A stretch of 20,000 bases of DNA from an uncultured virus (IMG/VR IMGVR_UViG_3300010157_000035) (IMGVR_UViG_3300010157_000035:110622-130621); one strand, 5' to 3'. Numbered from the stretch's first letter, positions 1 through 7,546 are shown. Notes: a model not told the origin generated them from the sequence alone. Program-made: numbers and translations.

Positions 1-56
1 GCAGCCCAGAGCAAGTTGGCATCAACTGCGGCCATTGTATCGCGATTCGCTTTCAT
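1..56 (-). CDS. Hypothetical protein, N-terminus only (runs off window)
   Basis: ATG at 56 overlaps the upstream TGA (ATGA); AAGGA RBS upstream; frame open to position 1 (MKANRDTMAAVDANLLWA). Confidence 0.55.
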   Translation of the reverse strand, partial: MKANRDTMAAVDANLLWA

Positions 57-217
57 GCCATTTCCTTTGCGGTGTTCATAAAAAATTTCAATGCCTGACG
101 AACTTTGGGATCTAATGTACGATAGTTCTCGACCATGTGCTCAATTGCCTCTAGATCTTCTAAATCTTGTTGCACAGCATAGGCTTCCATGATTTCGCAG
201 GCTTGATCTATGTTCAT
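53..217 (-). CDS. Hypothetical protein, 54 aa (not in ORF track)
   Basis: MNIDQACEIMEAYAVQQDLED...KEMA*; fills the gap exactly and is coupled to both neighbours. Confidence 0.7.
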   Translation of the reverse strand: MNIDQACEIMEAYAVQQDLEDLEAIEHMVENYRTLDPKVRQALKFFMNTAKEMA

Positions 218-218
218 T

Positions 219-407
219 TTATTTCTTAAATGAAACGCCAGTTGTGCCGCCTACAACACCGCCTAGGACCAGTGACGCCATCCAGGTATCAAATGTCACG
301 GGTATTGCCAAGGCAGGAAACAAGGTATTCAAGGACCAAATGGTTGCAATTGGTGCAAGTATAATAAGCAATATCACAAATGCCACGATAAGAAAAACTT
401 TATTCAT
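219..407 (-). CDS. Small membrane protein
   Basis: 62 aa with two hydrophobic stretches; GGAG RBS upstream. Confidence 0.8.
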   Translation of the reverse strand: MNKVFLIVAFVILLIILAPIATIWSLNTLFPALAIPVTFDTWMASLVLGGVVGGTTGVSFKK

Positions 408-419
408 ATGTTACTCCAA

Positions 420-767
420 TTAATCTAAACGGCTACCAGCGTAGGCTGTGAACCCGTATTTCTTAAACACTTGAGCGGCTGCTTCTGCACCGGCTTCCAG
501 TGTGTCCACGTTCTGAACATACATGCCTGCTGGATTCCAAATTTGGAAAGCACCGGTATGGCTCTTGCTGACACCGGCTTCTTTGAAAGCCCGGCCTAAT
601 TTGGTATTGCCTTTGACACCAAAAATGTCAACCCAAGCAAAGCCACAAGCAAACTGATCACGGCCGCCTAGTTTATCTTGGAAGAATCGTTCAGCGGCTT
701 CACGAGCGGCTGACTTGGCTTCGGCTACAATTGCATCTACTTTGATACCGTTAACTGTAACTGACAT
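420..767 (-). CDS. Phage hypothetical protein (CGFAWV motif)
   Basis: Start reassigned to ATG 767, which follows the AAGGAG of the promoter cassette; the upstream ORF extension just translates the promoter. Confidence 0.8.
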   Translation of the reverse strand: MSVTVNGIKVDAIVAEAKSAAREAAERFFQDKLGGRDQFACGFAWVDIFGVKGNTKLGRAFKEAGVSKSHTGAFQIWNPAGMYVQNVDTLEAGAEAAAQVFKKYGFTAYAGSRLD

Positions 768-773
768 CTTGAA

Positions 774-826
774 CTCCTTTTTAGTTTCTATACAAGTATT
801 ATACAAAAATGGGTGTTTCTGGTCAA
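774..826 (-). promoter_or_regulatory. Class A early promoter cassette P1: TTGACC-N17-TATAAT-ACTTGTATAGAAACTAAAAAGGAG
   Basis: -35 at 821-826, -10 at 798-803; a 30-bp block is identical in P2 and P3. Confidence 0.9.
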
Positions 827-831
827 CCGTT

Positions 832-1107
832 TTATGCGGCTTCCAACATGTTGGCCGGCACCTTCCACAAGCCAGATGGAGTGCGAACTGTGACAAACTT
901 GATGGCAATTTTGGTCACATCACCTACCATGACCTTGCCGGTACGGCTTGATGTAAACTTGACCATTTGACCCGGCTTGATTGAATTCTTCACGTCCTTG
1001 GTCAATCGGGCACGGTTAAACTTGACAGCATCGATCATGCTACTCAGTTCTACATTGGTCCAATTACCGAACATGATTGCTTGGTTGACTTCTTGAATGG
1101 TTTTCAT
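832..1107 (-). CDS. Hypothetical protein with possible SH3/KOW-like C-terminus
   Basis: ATG 1107 after cassette RBS; IKPGQMVKF...GDVTKIAIKFVTV...WKVPANML beta-rich pattern. Confidence 0.75.
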   Translation of the reverse strand: MKTIQEVNQAIMFGNWTNVELSSMIDAVKFNRARLTKDVKNSIKPGQMVKFTSSRTGKVMVGDVTKIAIKFVTVRTPSGLWKVPANMLEAA

Positions 1108-1113
1108 TCTGGG

Positions 1114-1166
1114 CTCCTTTTTAGTTTCTATACAAGTATTATAGCAAATCGGGCATTTCTGGTCAA
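1114..1166 (-). promoter_or_regulatory. Class A early promoter cassette P2
   Basis: TTGACC (1161-1166)-N17-TATAAT (1138-1143) plus identical leader/RBS. Confidence 0.9.
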
Positions 1167-1390
1167 CCACCCTTTTTTAGGGCAAAAAACACAGCATCTA
1201 CGCTGTTGCGAAAATACAACACCAGCTGCGTGTCTAAGCGACCTTTTTTGCGCCATTCTCTATCGTCGAGTAACCTATAGAACCAACGACGGTCTGCTTG
1301 AGTACCACCGGGGCCAAACAGTTTGGTAGCCTGTTCAACGTCATCATTGCTCAATGTCCAAGCGCCACAGTTGATCCTGGTGGTTTTCAT
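1163..1390 (-). CDS. Small phage protein, F-x4-D-x3-F-x-[LM]-K family
   Basis: C-terminal YFRNSVDAVFFALK; ATGA coupling. Confidence 0.7.
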   Translation of the reverse strand: MKTTRINCGAWTLSNDDVEQATKLFGPGGTQADRRWFYRLLDDREWRKKGRLDTQLVLYFRNSVDAVFFALKKGG

Positions 1391-1860
1391 GCAGGTACTT
1401 CTTCCTTCACTGCTTCAAGTGCTTCTGCCAATGGTGTTAACTTATTGCTTAAGGCCGTTGAGCCATAAGTGTCACCCACATACCATGTACCATCTTTCAT
1501 CACATAGTAAAACTCAGCACCGCAACCCTTGGTACGGTCCAAAAAGTCTTCAAATGAATGATCTACTGACCAAGTGCATTCTGTTTCGCCGCGATCGCGA
1601 TCGTAAAAGGTACACATGTTGCCATAGCGTTGTTCATAGTCGCTACCAGCCTCAGCATCCAAGCAACTGAAAGGATGCTTTACACCAATCTCAGGGCGTA
1701 GGCTACTCAAGTCGCCTAGGGCAACCAGTTGGTTGGCTTTGCTTGAGTCATAATGCTCTTGCAAAATAGCACCATTGTGTTCCAGATAGCCGTCCCAATG
1801 ACAGTAGACAGACTTTGCGATTGGACCATGCATGACTGCGATACGTGAACGAGTTCCCAT
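1387..1860 (-). CDS. Conserved phage hypothetical protein (MGTRSxI...YCHWDGY)
   Basis: Recognisable N-terminal motif; AAGGA RBS. Confidence 0.85.
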   Translation of the reverse strand: MGTRSRIAVMHGPIAKSVYCHWDGYLEHNGAILQEHYDSSKANQLVALGDLSSLRPEIGVKHPFSCLDAEAGSDYEQRYGNMCTFYDRDRGETECTWSVDHSFEDFLDRTKGCGAEFYYVMKDGTWYVGDTYGSTALSNKLTPLAEALEAVKEEVPA

Positions 1861-1869
1861 TTTTATTCC

Positions 1870-2094
1870 TTAGAAGTAAAAGGCAGAGGTAAAATTACAA
1901 CGACTATAAACGATTTCACGCACTTCAGTGTCCATGGCTTCACCATAGATCTCAGGGTTAGACTCGCTTAGGATTCCTAATATTTGATATGTTTCGGGCC
2001 AAGTCAATTCTGCAGTCTTGGCAAAGTTTACCAAGTCACCAATTGCGGCATTGCCGCGATCTGTGAACATACCATAATCTCTTACTGCAATCAT
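1870..2094 (-). CDS. Hypothetical protein
   Basis: ATG 2094 with AAGGAG at 2101-2106. Confidence 0.75.
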   Translation of the reverse strand: MIAVRDYGMFTDRGNAAIGDLVNFAKTAELTWPETYQILGILSESNPEIYGEAMDTEVREIVYSRCNFTSAFYF

Positions 2095-2118
2095 TTCTGA
2101 CTCCTTGTGTATCAATTA

Positions 2119-2367
2119 TTAACCTATTACTACCACACGACGGACTTCTGTCTTGTAGTCGCCTGTTTCTTCGTCATAGACATCCTCATCGTCTGTGACC
2201 AGTTTGTCCATACGGTGATAGTCGCTGAACTCCACAATGCCCTCAGACACTTGGTTAACCGCAGGGGCTACTTCGGTGCGCCAGTGGTCGCCATAGTTGT
2301 AGCTGAAATGCACTTCGGCATCAGGGTTCATATAGCCCAGGGATTCAATAAGTTCTCGAACTTTCAT
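2119..2367 (-). CDS. Hypothetical protein (MKVRELIExL)
   Basis: ATG 2367 immediately after the upstream stop; typical phage N-terminus. Confidence 0.75.
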   Translation of the reverse strand: MKVRELIESLGYMNPDAEVHFSYNYGDHWRTEVAPAVNQVSEGIVEFSDYHRMDKLVTDDEDVYDEETGDYKTEVRRVVVIG

Positions 2368-2368
2368 A

Positions 2369-2641
2369 TTACATGCTCCAATAAGATTCGCTTGCGGGTG
2401 AGCAGAAGTAAGGCGTATCATAACGCTCTTGGAATTCTTTACCACCTATTAGGTTTTGCTTGGTGACAAAAGTTTCAAACACTTCAACAACAAAACCCAA
2501 ACCGCGTTTAGCATCGGCCGCGGCATTGATGTAGTCCTTGGTGCTAGGTGCAAAATCCTGCTTGGCATACAAACGACGACCTGCTTTGACACGTCGATCA
2601 GTTCGGTAAATTTCTAATGTGTATTCTTTTAGTTGGGACAT
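2369..2641 (-). CDS. Hypothetical protein (TPYFCSPASESYWSM C-terminus)
   Basis: Directly follows the RBS of cassette P3. Confidence 0.8.
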   Translation of the reverse strand: MSQLKEYTLEIYRTDRRVKAGRRLYAKQDFAPSTKDYINAAADAKRGLGFVVEVFETFVTKQNLIGGKEFQERYDTPYFCSPASESYWSM

Positions 2642-2648
2642 TTTTCTG

Positions 2649-2701
2649 CTCCTTTTTAGTTTCTATACAAGTATTATAACCGAAATGGCTTTTTTGGTCA
2701 A
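2649..2701 (-). promoter_or_regulatory. Class A early promoter cassette P3
   Basis: TTGACC (2696-2701)-N17-TATAAT (2673-2678) plus identical leader/RBS. Confidence 0.9.
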
Positions 2702-2707
2702 CCTAAA

Positions 2708-3034
2708 TCAATGTGTATTTAGAGCTGGCGCATATTCGCGAATCAGCTCGCGCTCACGTGCATGGGCTGGCTTGCGACCGCGGACTTTTTCAACAAATTC
2801 AACAGTATGCATCTCAGCACCATATTCACGGATACTGTTGCATAAAGCCCACACTTTTTCTTCAGTTACTGCACGGCGAACGTGCTTCTAAAAACGCACT
2901 TTTAGGGCCCGTTTTATGCTACCTGAGCACACGGTAATACCAATGTAGTAATCGCCTGTGACCAAGTTGGTTATGGTGTAGACAGCATGGTTGCTGTCTT
3001 GACGGCGTTTTCGGGTTTGCTTTTTAACTTCCAT
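2708..3034 (-). pseudogene. Small GIY-YIG nuclease-family gene interrupted by an in-frame TAG at codon 49 (missed by the ORF track)
   Basis: MEVKKQTRKRRQDSNHAVYTITNLVTGDYYIGITVCSGSIKRALKVRF*KHVRRA...ARERELIREYAPALNTH; has VY-YIG, Arg, Glu and Asn motifs; TAG at 2888-2890. Confidence 0.8.
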
Positions 3035-3069
3035 ACAAGTATTATAGCAAATGGAGTATTTTGAGTCAA
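3032..3069 (-). promoter_or_regulatory. Class A promoter P4, leaderless (TTGACT-N17-TATAAT-ACTTGT-ATG)
   Basis: -35 at 3064-3069, -10 at 3041-3046; ATG 6 nt after the -10; no RBS. Confidence 0.85.
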
Positions 3070-3106
3070 CCGAATTGTGGCCACTGAGTTAGTGGGCACT
3101 GACCAC

Positions 3107-3134
3107 AAAAAACCCTACAAAAAGTAGGGTTTTT
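3107..3134. terminator. Intrinsic terminator, bidirectional form, after ahpD
   Basis: AAAAAA-CCCTAC-AAAAA-GTAGGG-TTTTT. Confidence 0.85.
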
Positions 3135-3157
3135 GGGTGTTGTTTTTACACAACAGA

Positions 3158-3664
3158 TCAGCTGTTTAGCACTCGAGCCACTGAATTCATAACTGACGCG
3201 ATACGGCCAATGTCACGAAGTTGTTCCACAGTATAGCCTTCTTGCTTCAATGTTTCATAGTGTGCTTTTACACAGAAATGACACTTGCCCACAATGCTTG
3301 CGGCCAAACTAAATGCTTCAAAATTGCTTTTGGTTGTGCCGCCATGATTAGCAATAGCGTTCATACGTAAACCTGCTGGCAAACCTTTTAATGCAGGATC
3401 ATCGGCCATCTCAACATAGGGGTACCAAACGTTGTTTTGGGACATGATGCTGGCCGCTGTCATTGCTGACTCGGCATATACCGGAGAATCTGCCAAAATT
3501 ACTGATAGGATTTTACCATTGCCAGTTGCGGCCAGTGCGGCCACAGCACAACCCATGGCCACATCTGCATCTAATGTGCTACGAAGTAATACTGCATCCA
3601 GATTCAATTTTGTATCTTTGGCATAGTCTGGCAAAGCACCTTTTACTGATTCAATAAAACTCAT
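3158..3664 (-). CDS. ahpD: Alkyl hydroperoxide reductase AhpD (carboxymuconolactone decarboxylase family)
   Basis: LPDYAKDTKLNL N-terminus, MSQNNVWY, SIVGKCHFCVKAH CxxC motif; near ahpC. Confidence 0.92.
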   Translation of the reverse strand: MSFIESVKGALPDYAKDTKLNLDAVLLRSTLDADVAMGCAVAALAATGNGKILSVILADSPVYAESAMTAASIMSQNNVWYPYVEMADDPALKGLPAGLRMNAIANHGGTTKSNFEAFSLAASIVGKCHFCVKAHYETLKQEGYTVEQLRDIGRIASVMNSVARVLNS

Positions 3665-3686
3665 TTTGTTTTCCTTTTAATGTTAT

Positions 3687-3956
3687 TCATTCATCAACTC
3701 CGAAATGTTCTCTAATCTCTACAGCACAATCCTGCCTACCTGACCTAGCATCAATGTTATCTTCGCCATCTACATCTTGACAAATAGAAACACATTCTCG
3801 CACAATCAACTCGGCGAACTTTTCCAAATCAATAGACGCATACATCTTATCACCAAGTTGTGGATAGACATTGTCTGACCATTCAACTCTGCCCCAATTA
3901 CCAATAGTTGCAACAGGACTTACCTGTTCAGCAAGTTCGTTTATTCGTTTGTTCAT
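3687..3956 (-). CDS. Phage hypothetical protein (MNxRIxELAEQ...EKFAELIVREC...HFGVxE)
   Basis: Characteristic motif set; ATGA coupling. Confidence 0.8.
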   Translation of the reverse strand: MNKRINELAEQVSPVATIGNWGRVEWSDNVYPQLGDKMYASIDLEKFAELIVRECVSICQDVDGEDNIDARSGRQDCAVEIREHFGVDE

Positions 3957-4861
3957 TCTTCAACTCCGAAATGTTTCTTGTTTAGTATAACACAATCAGC
4001 AGGTGTAGTCAAATCAGACTTAACCAAGTTTTCTATAGTTCTTCTAGACAACCCAGTTTTTAATCTGGCTTCTGACATTGATGAATAAACTACACCATCG
4101 ATTTCAATAGATTTGGCATTGTGTGGAAGTCTTCCATACATAGGATTTTTTGATCCTAGTTTTGACTCAACTTTTAACGCACTTTTCTTTTCTATTTTAC
4201 CTTTATACCATCCTTCGGGGATGTTATCTAGATTATTACAGACAGAATTAGTTGTTCCGTTTGTGATAAAAAATAATCCAAACATTGGATTAAGTTCGCC
4301 CGGTTGGCTAGATTTTTCTTTCTGATAATCTGCCTGTCCCCAGTAAAATCCTTCCGGAAGAATATTATGTTTTATTTGGTATGACACATTCCCATCAGTA
4401 ATCCACTTCTTCCCCTTGTTGCCGGCACCGTGCTTCTTAATGGTAAGAGGTGAAAATCCCGGATAAAATCCTTCAGGAATACTATCACCTGCGAATATCG
4501 CTTTGTCAACAACTCCATTGGTAACTGGAATCTTTCCGAGGTGTAAGTTACTCATTCGTTCGGCTAAAAGTTTTTTAGTAGAATCATAAATCTTACTACC
4601 GTTCTTACCAGACATCAATACTAACGCAAATGCCATTTTACCTCTAGACTCACCTTCAGTCATTCTTACTAAAAGTTTATGACAGATAAAATGTTCTCTA
4701 GCAGTTAAGTTAACTAGATTACCAGAAGAATTATCCCCGCCCATCGAACGAGGAATAATATGATGAGTTTCTTTGTAATGGTCTTTTGATAGCACTCTTG
4801 ATCTAGCAGTTTCTATTATAGAAAAGTAGATACGAGTGTATCGGTTGGTGATAAATATCAT
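3953..4861 (-). CDS. Free-standing HNH homing endonuclease with NUMOD-type DNA-binding repeats
   Basis: HHIIPRSMGGDNSSGNLVNLTAREHFICHKLL; three [IV]T[ND]G...PEG[FW]YxG repeats; two GxxNPM[FY]G (NUMOD3-like); C-terminal HTH-like region; start at ATG 4861 with AAGGAG at 4871-4876; AT-richer than flanks. Confidence 0.9.
   Translation of the reverse strand: MIFITNRYTRIYFSIIETARSRVLSKDHYKETHHIIPRSMGGDNSSGNLVNLTAREHFICHKLLVRMTEGESRGKMAFALVLMSGKNGSKIYDSTKKLLAERMSNLHLGKIPVTNGVVDKAIFAGDSIPEGFYPGFSPLTIKKHGAGNKGKKWITDGNVSYQIKHNILPEGFYWGQADYQKEKSSQPGELNPMFGLFFITNGTTNSVCNNLDNIPEGWYKGKIEKKSALKVESKLGSKNPMYGRLPHNAKSIEIDGVVYSSMSEARLKTGLSRRTIENLVKSDLTTPADCVILNKKHFGVEE
3984..4012 (-). promoter_or_regulatory. 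Class B promoter inside the HNH gene 3' end (TTGACT-N17-TATACT, extended TG)
   Basis: -35 at 4007-4012, -10 at 3984-3989. Confidence 0.75.
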
Positions 4862-4936
4862 TGCTGATTGCTCCTTTGTAGCATTAGAGTAGTTGGGGAT
4901 TGCCGTCCCGTGAACTACACTATTATTTATCACCAA
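4845..4936. promoter_or_regulatory. Structured leader of the HNH gene: 13-bp perfect inverted repeat, each arm containing a late-promoter-like ATAAATA
   Basis: TTGGTGATAAATA at 4845-4857 and TATTTATCACCAA at 4924-4936; inner hairpin at 4889-4918. Confidence 0.75.
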
Positions 4937-4945
4937 TCCTTCCAT

Positions 4946-5491
4946 TTACTTGCCTAGTGTTTCTTGACCCACTTGTCTATTACACTGACACAATTCTCCA
5001 GTTTGGCAAGAATCCAATACACGAAGTGTTTCTTCTGGTGAGCGACCCACATTCAAGTTGTTGACTGTAACGTGTTGGATCGTGTTGTCTGGGTCAACAA
5101 TAAATGTTGCACGAAGTGCGGCACCTGCTGGCGCATAGAATACACCCAGTTGTTCAATCAAGCTCAACTCACCACGCTGTGTGTCTGCGAACTGCATGTG
5201 GGTAATTTTCTTTAGATCGGCGTGTGCCGTTTGCCATGCCACTTTGCAGAACTCATTGTCTGTGCTACCTGTAAGCAATACTGCGTCACGGTCAGCAAAG
5301 TCACTGGCTAGTTTATCGTAGGCTACGATTTCTGTAGGACATACAAATGTAAAGTCCTTTGGATAGTAAACGATTACTTTCCACTTGCCAGCAAAGCTCT
5401 CGTCTGTGATTTCGAAGAATGCATCTTCTGGTTGTCCTGGCTTAACACCTGTTACAGCGAATTTTTCTAATTTATCACCAACTGTTTTCAT
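4946..5491 (-). CDS. ahpC: 2-Cys peroxiredoxin AhpC (AhpC/D type)
   Basis: YYPKDFTFVCPTEI, ALRATFIVDP, NVGRSPEETLR and GELCxC resolving motif. Confidence 0.95.
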   Translation of the reverse strand: MKTVGDKLEKFAVTGVKPGQPEDAFFEITDESFAGKWKVIVYYPKDFTFVCPTEIVAYDKLASDFADRDAVLLTGSTDNEFCKVAWQTAHADLKKITHMQFADTQRGELSLIEQLGVFYAPAGAALRATFIVDPDNTIQHVTVNNLNVGRSPEETLRVLDSCQTGELCQCNRQVGQETLGK

Positions 5492-5736
5492 AATATTTCC
5501 TTTAAAGTTTGTTTGATATCTTGATGTTTGACGACAATAAAATTCTTTACTTCGCCATTGATTCGGATTGGTAAATCCAAGTGAATAGTTATTTCTGGGC
5601 CAGCAGGACTGACTACGCGATCGTTTCCAACTGTTCCTACAAAAGGAATGTCGTTGAATCGACCAAATACTCTATCGCCGATTTGATATGTTGATTGGTA
5701 ACCTATGCGGTTGAAATAATCAGTTTGATTGCCCAT
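5488..5736 (-). CDS. Hypothetical protein (possible SH3-like fold)
   Basis: GGAG RBS; YQIGDRVFG; ATGA overlap with ahpC. Confidence 0.75.
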   Translation of the reverse strand: MGNQTDYFNRIGYQSTYQIGDRVFGRFNDIPFVGTVGNDRVVSPAGPEITIHLDLPIRINGEVKNFIVVKHQDIKQTLKEIL

Positions 5737-5757
5737 AATAACTCCTGCAAGTAAGTA

Positions 5758-5786
5758 ATTATACTAGTTTTTCTGGAAGATGTAAA
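5758..5786 (-). promoter_or_regulatory. Promoter overlapping the MTase stop codon (TTTACA-N17-TATAAT)
   Basis: -35 at 5781-5786, -10 at 5758-5763. Confidence 0.65.
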
Positions 5787-6969
5787 TTCCTTCTGACTTG
5801 TAAGCCTTCTCAAGTTTGCCGTTTCCGACCCCTGGGCGCACATTTAAAATCATGTCCACAGTTTCTACGTGTCGAAATCCTACAGATTCAGCCAATCGAA
5901 TCCAGCGGTCAACAATTTTAAACTCTTGCTTGCCGTTCTTATAATCAGCGATGTTCACAGCATATAGACTGTCTGCGGCCAAAGCCTTATGTGTCATTGC
6001 AACAGTCTTGGCCACGTAGTCATCAAACCATTCATCTAAGGTGGTATAACGATTCATACACTGAGTAGGCTCGTCCGTGTAAGTTTCCAAATTGAAGTAA
6101 GGTGGACTTGAAAATGCTGCATCATAAAAACCCGGTTCAGGCTCAAATTCTTCGCTAGGAACACAATGCATCCGATATCCGGCACCATGCCCTTGTTCGT
6201 CTAGTAATGCACCCAGGGCTTCAAGTCCTTGAAAGGTTCTGGTGTTGGGATCTAAACCCGTATAGTGATAACGTAGATTGCTGGTCATTGAGCCAAACAT
6301 GCGTCCGCCATAGCCTGAACTAAAGTCCAACAAGTTGCCACGGAACACAGGGCAAATGTGTTCCCATACTGCACGAGCATTCATGGGCTTGAAGTTTTGT
6401 ATAGTGCCACCATTGACTAGTTCCAATGCTCTGCGTATGTTTTTGGGTATGACTGTGTCTTCACCTTCATCTCTGTGAACATAGGCCAACTTAATGGCAC
6501 GTTTGAGTTTGTTATCGTGATTGAATCTAGCACGAATGCTCACTGTGGCATTGTCGTTCCACTTGGCGTCCTGCATGTTAGGAAACCAAAAGCGACCAAA
6601 AGCTAGACCTTCGTTGTTGCCCACACCCAGTTGACTGTTTCTAACTGATTTGGTTTTGGTTGCCAAGTCATTGACCTGAGCACGACATCCATCTAGGCTG
6701 TAGTAAGTAATAGGAACTATGCCCACTGATCTATAGATGTCAAATACTTCTTGTTGGATAGATTCTTTGCCAGCATCGTCAGCCTTGGTCCATACATCTT
6801 TGCCCAAGGCGCGAAGTCTCGGCATAACCGGTTCGTAGCCCGTGCAGACATCAACAGTAGGTGTGTATCCCCACTCGTCACATAGTTGTTGGTAGTATTG
6901 ATCAATCAAACTGTCTTGGTCCACTGGCTTGTTCATATGGAAGTTGGATGCCTCGATATGCTGTTTCAT
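5764..6969 (-). CDS. Amino-DNA methyltransferase (N4-C or N6-A); true start may be TTG at 6909
   Basis: Motif I LLDFSSGYGGR, then YTGLDPN and motif IV FSSPPYFNLETY. Confidence 0.9.
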   Translation of the reverse strand: MKQHIEASNFHMNKPVDQDSLIDQYYQQLCDEWGYTPTVDVCTGYEPVMPRLRALGKDVWTKADDAGKESIQQEVFDIYRSVGIVPITYYSLDGCRAQVNDLATKTKSVRNSQLGVGNNEGLAFGRFWFPNMQDAKWNDNATVSIRARFNHDNKLKRAIKLAYVHRDEGEDTVIPKNIRRALELVNGGTIQNFKPMNARAVWEHICPVFRGNLLDFSSGYGGRMFGSMTSNLRYHYTGLDPNTRTFQGLEALGALLDEQGHGAGYRMHCVPSEEFEPEPGFYDAAFSSPPYFNLETYTDEPTQCMNRYTTLDEWFDDYVAKTVAMTHKALAADSLYAVNIADYKNGKQEFKIVDRWIRLAESVGFRHVETVDMILNVRPGVGNGKLEKAYKSEGIYIFQKN

Positions 6970-7546
6970 ATTTACGATGCGGAATTGCTTGTGCTGTAAT
7001 CAGATCTTTGATTCTAAAACGACCTTGAACCCTGCGTTGTCGTTTACTGTCAATCTTGGCATCAATTTGACAAAGTCCTTGACCGTAAGTTTCATAAATT
7101 TCCTTGCGTTTTTGTTTCCACAGCTTCCTATGCGCTCGTTGTCCTTCTGGTCCGTGCGGCACACTCTTAACATATTCAACAAATTGTTCAACAGTTTCTT
7201 TGTTAACATTGGCCCATAACAGATTGTAATGAGCAGGAGTGACGTCAAATTCGTAGATGCAGGTATAGCGTTTGACTGTGGGCGTTATCTGTTGCCATAC
7301 ACCAACCACCATAGTAAATTCCGTGTCTCGACAATGGTCAATAAATCTAAGTATATTAGCACAGCCAATGTCTCGGCCTTTGCTGACTTTGATACTGTAA
7401 TTGACGTCGCTCTCAATGCCTTTGACCACATCCATAGTGGCAAAGTAGGCATGAGTTAATCGGGTTTGATATTCGGCTTTGCTCAGGCCAGTGATAGATC
7501 TGACTACACTGTCCTCAAATACCACACCATGGCTTTGAACTTCCAT
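6902..7546 (-). CDS. Putative restriction endonuclease (PD-(D/E)xK-like variant)
   Basis: QSHGVVFE helix, MDVV...NYSIK core, basic C-terminus; directly upstream of the MTase. Confidence 0.55.
   Translation of the reverse strand: MEVQSHGVVFEDSVVRSITGLSKAEYQTRLTHAYFATMDVVKGIESDVNYSIKVSKGRDIGCANILRFIDHCRDTEFTMVVGVWQQITPTVKRYTCIYEFDVTPAHYNLLWANVNKETVEQFVEYVKSVPHGPEGQRAHRKLWKQKRKEIYETYGQGLCQIDAKIDSKRQRRVQGRFRIKDLITAQAIPHRKYETAYRGIQLPYEQASGPRQFD

Noticed and set aside
843..854. Perfect palindrome CCAACATGTTGG near P1
   Set aside because: Single occurrence within coding sequence; compatible with chance
768..1170. N-terminal ORF extensions containing VDQK...YNTCIETKKE as a shared peptide
   Set aside because: They are only translations of the repeated promoter cassette
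774..2701. 30-bp identical repeats as a CRISPR array
   Set aside because: Spacing is irregular (340 and 1535 bp), whole genes lie between the copies, and the repeat is a -10 box plus leader and RBS
3953..4945. HNH gene as part of a group I intron or intein
   Set aside because: The flanking genes are complete and there is no room for a ribozyme core; it is free-standing
5737..5766. TAG read-through fusing the MTase to the next ORF (also in frame at 11773-11778), implying genome-wide TAG recoding
   Set aside because: The downstream gene at 5736 has its own promoter and RBS; read-through of the TAG at 11322 would give a long out-of-frame overlap; the long late gene has no in-frame TAG
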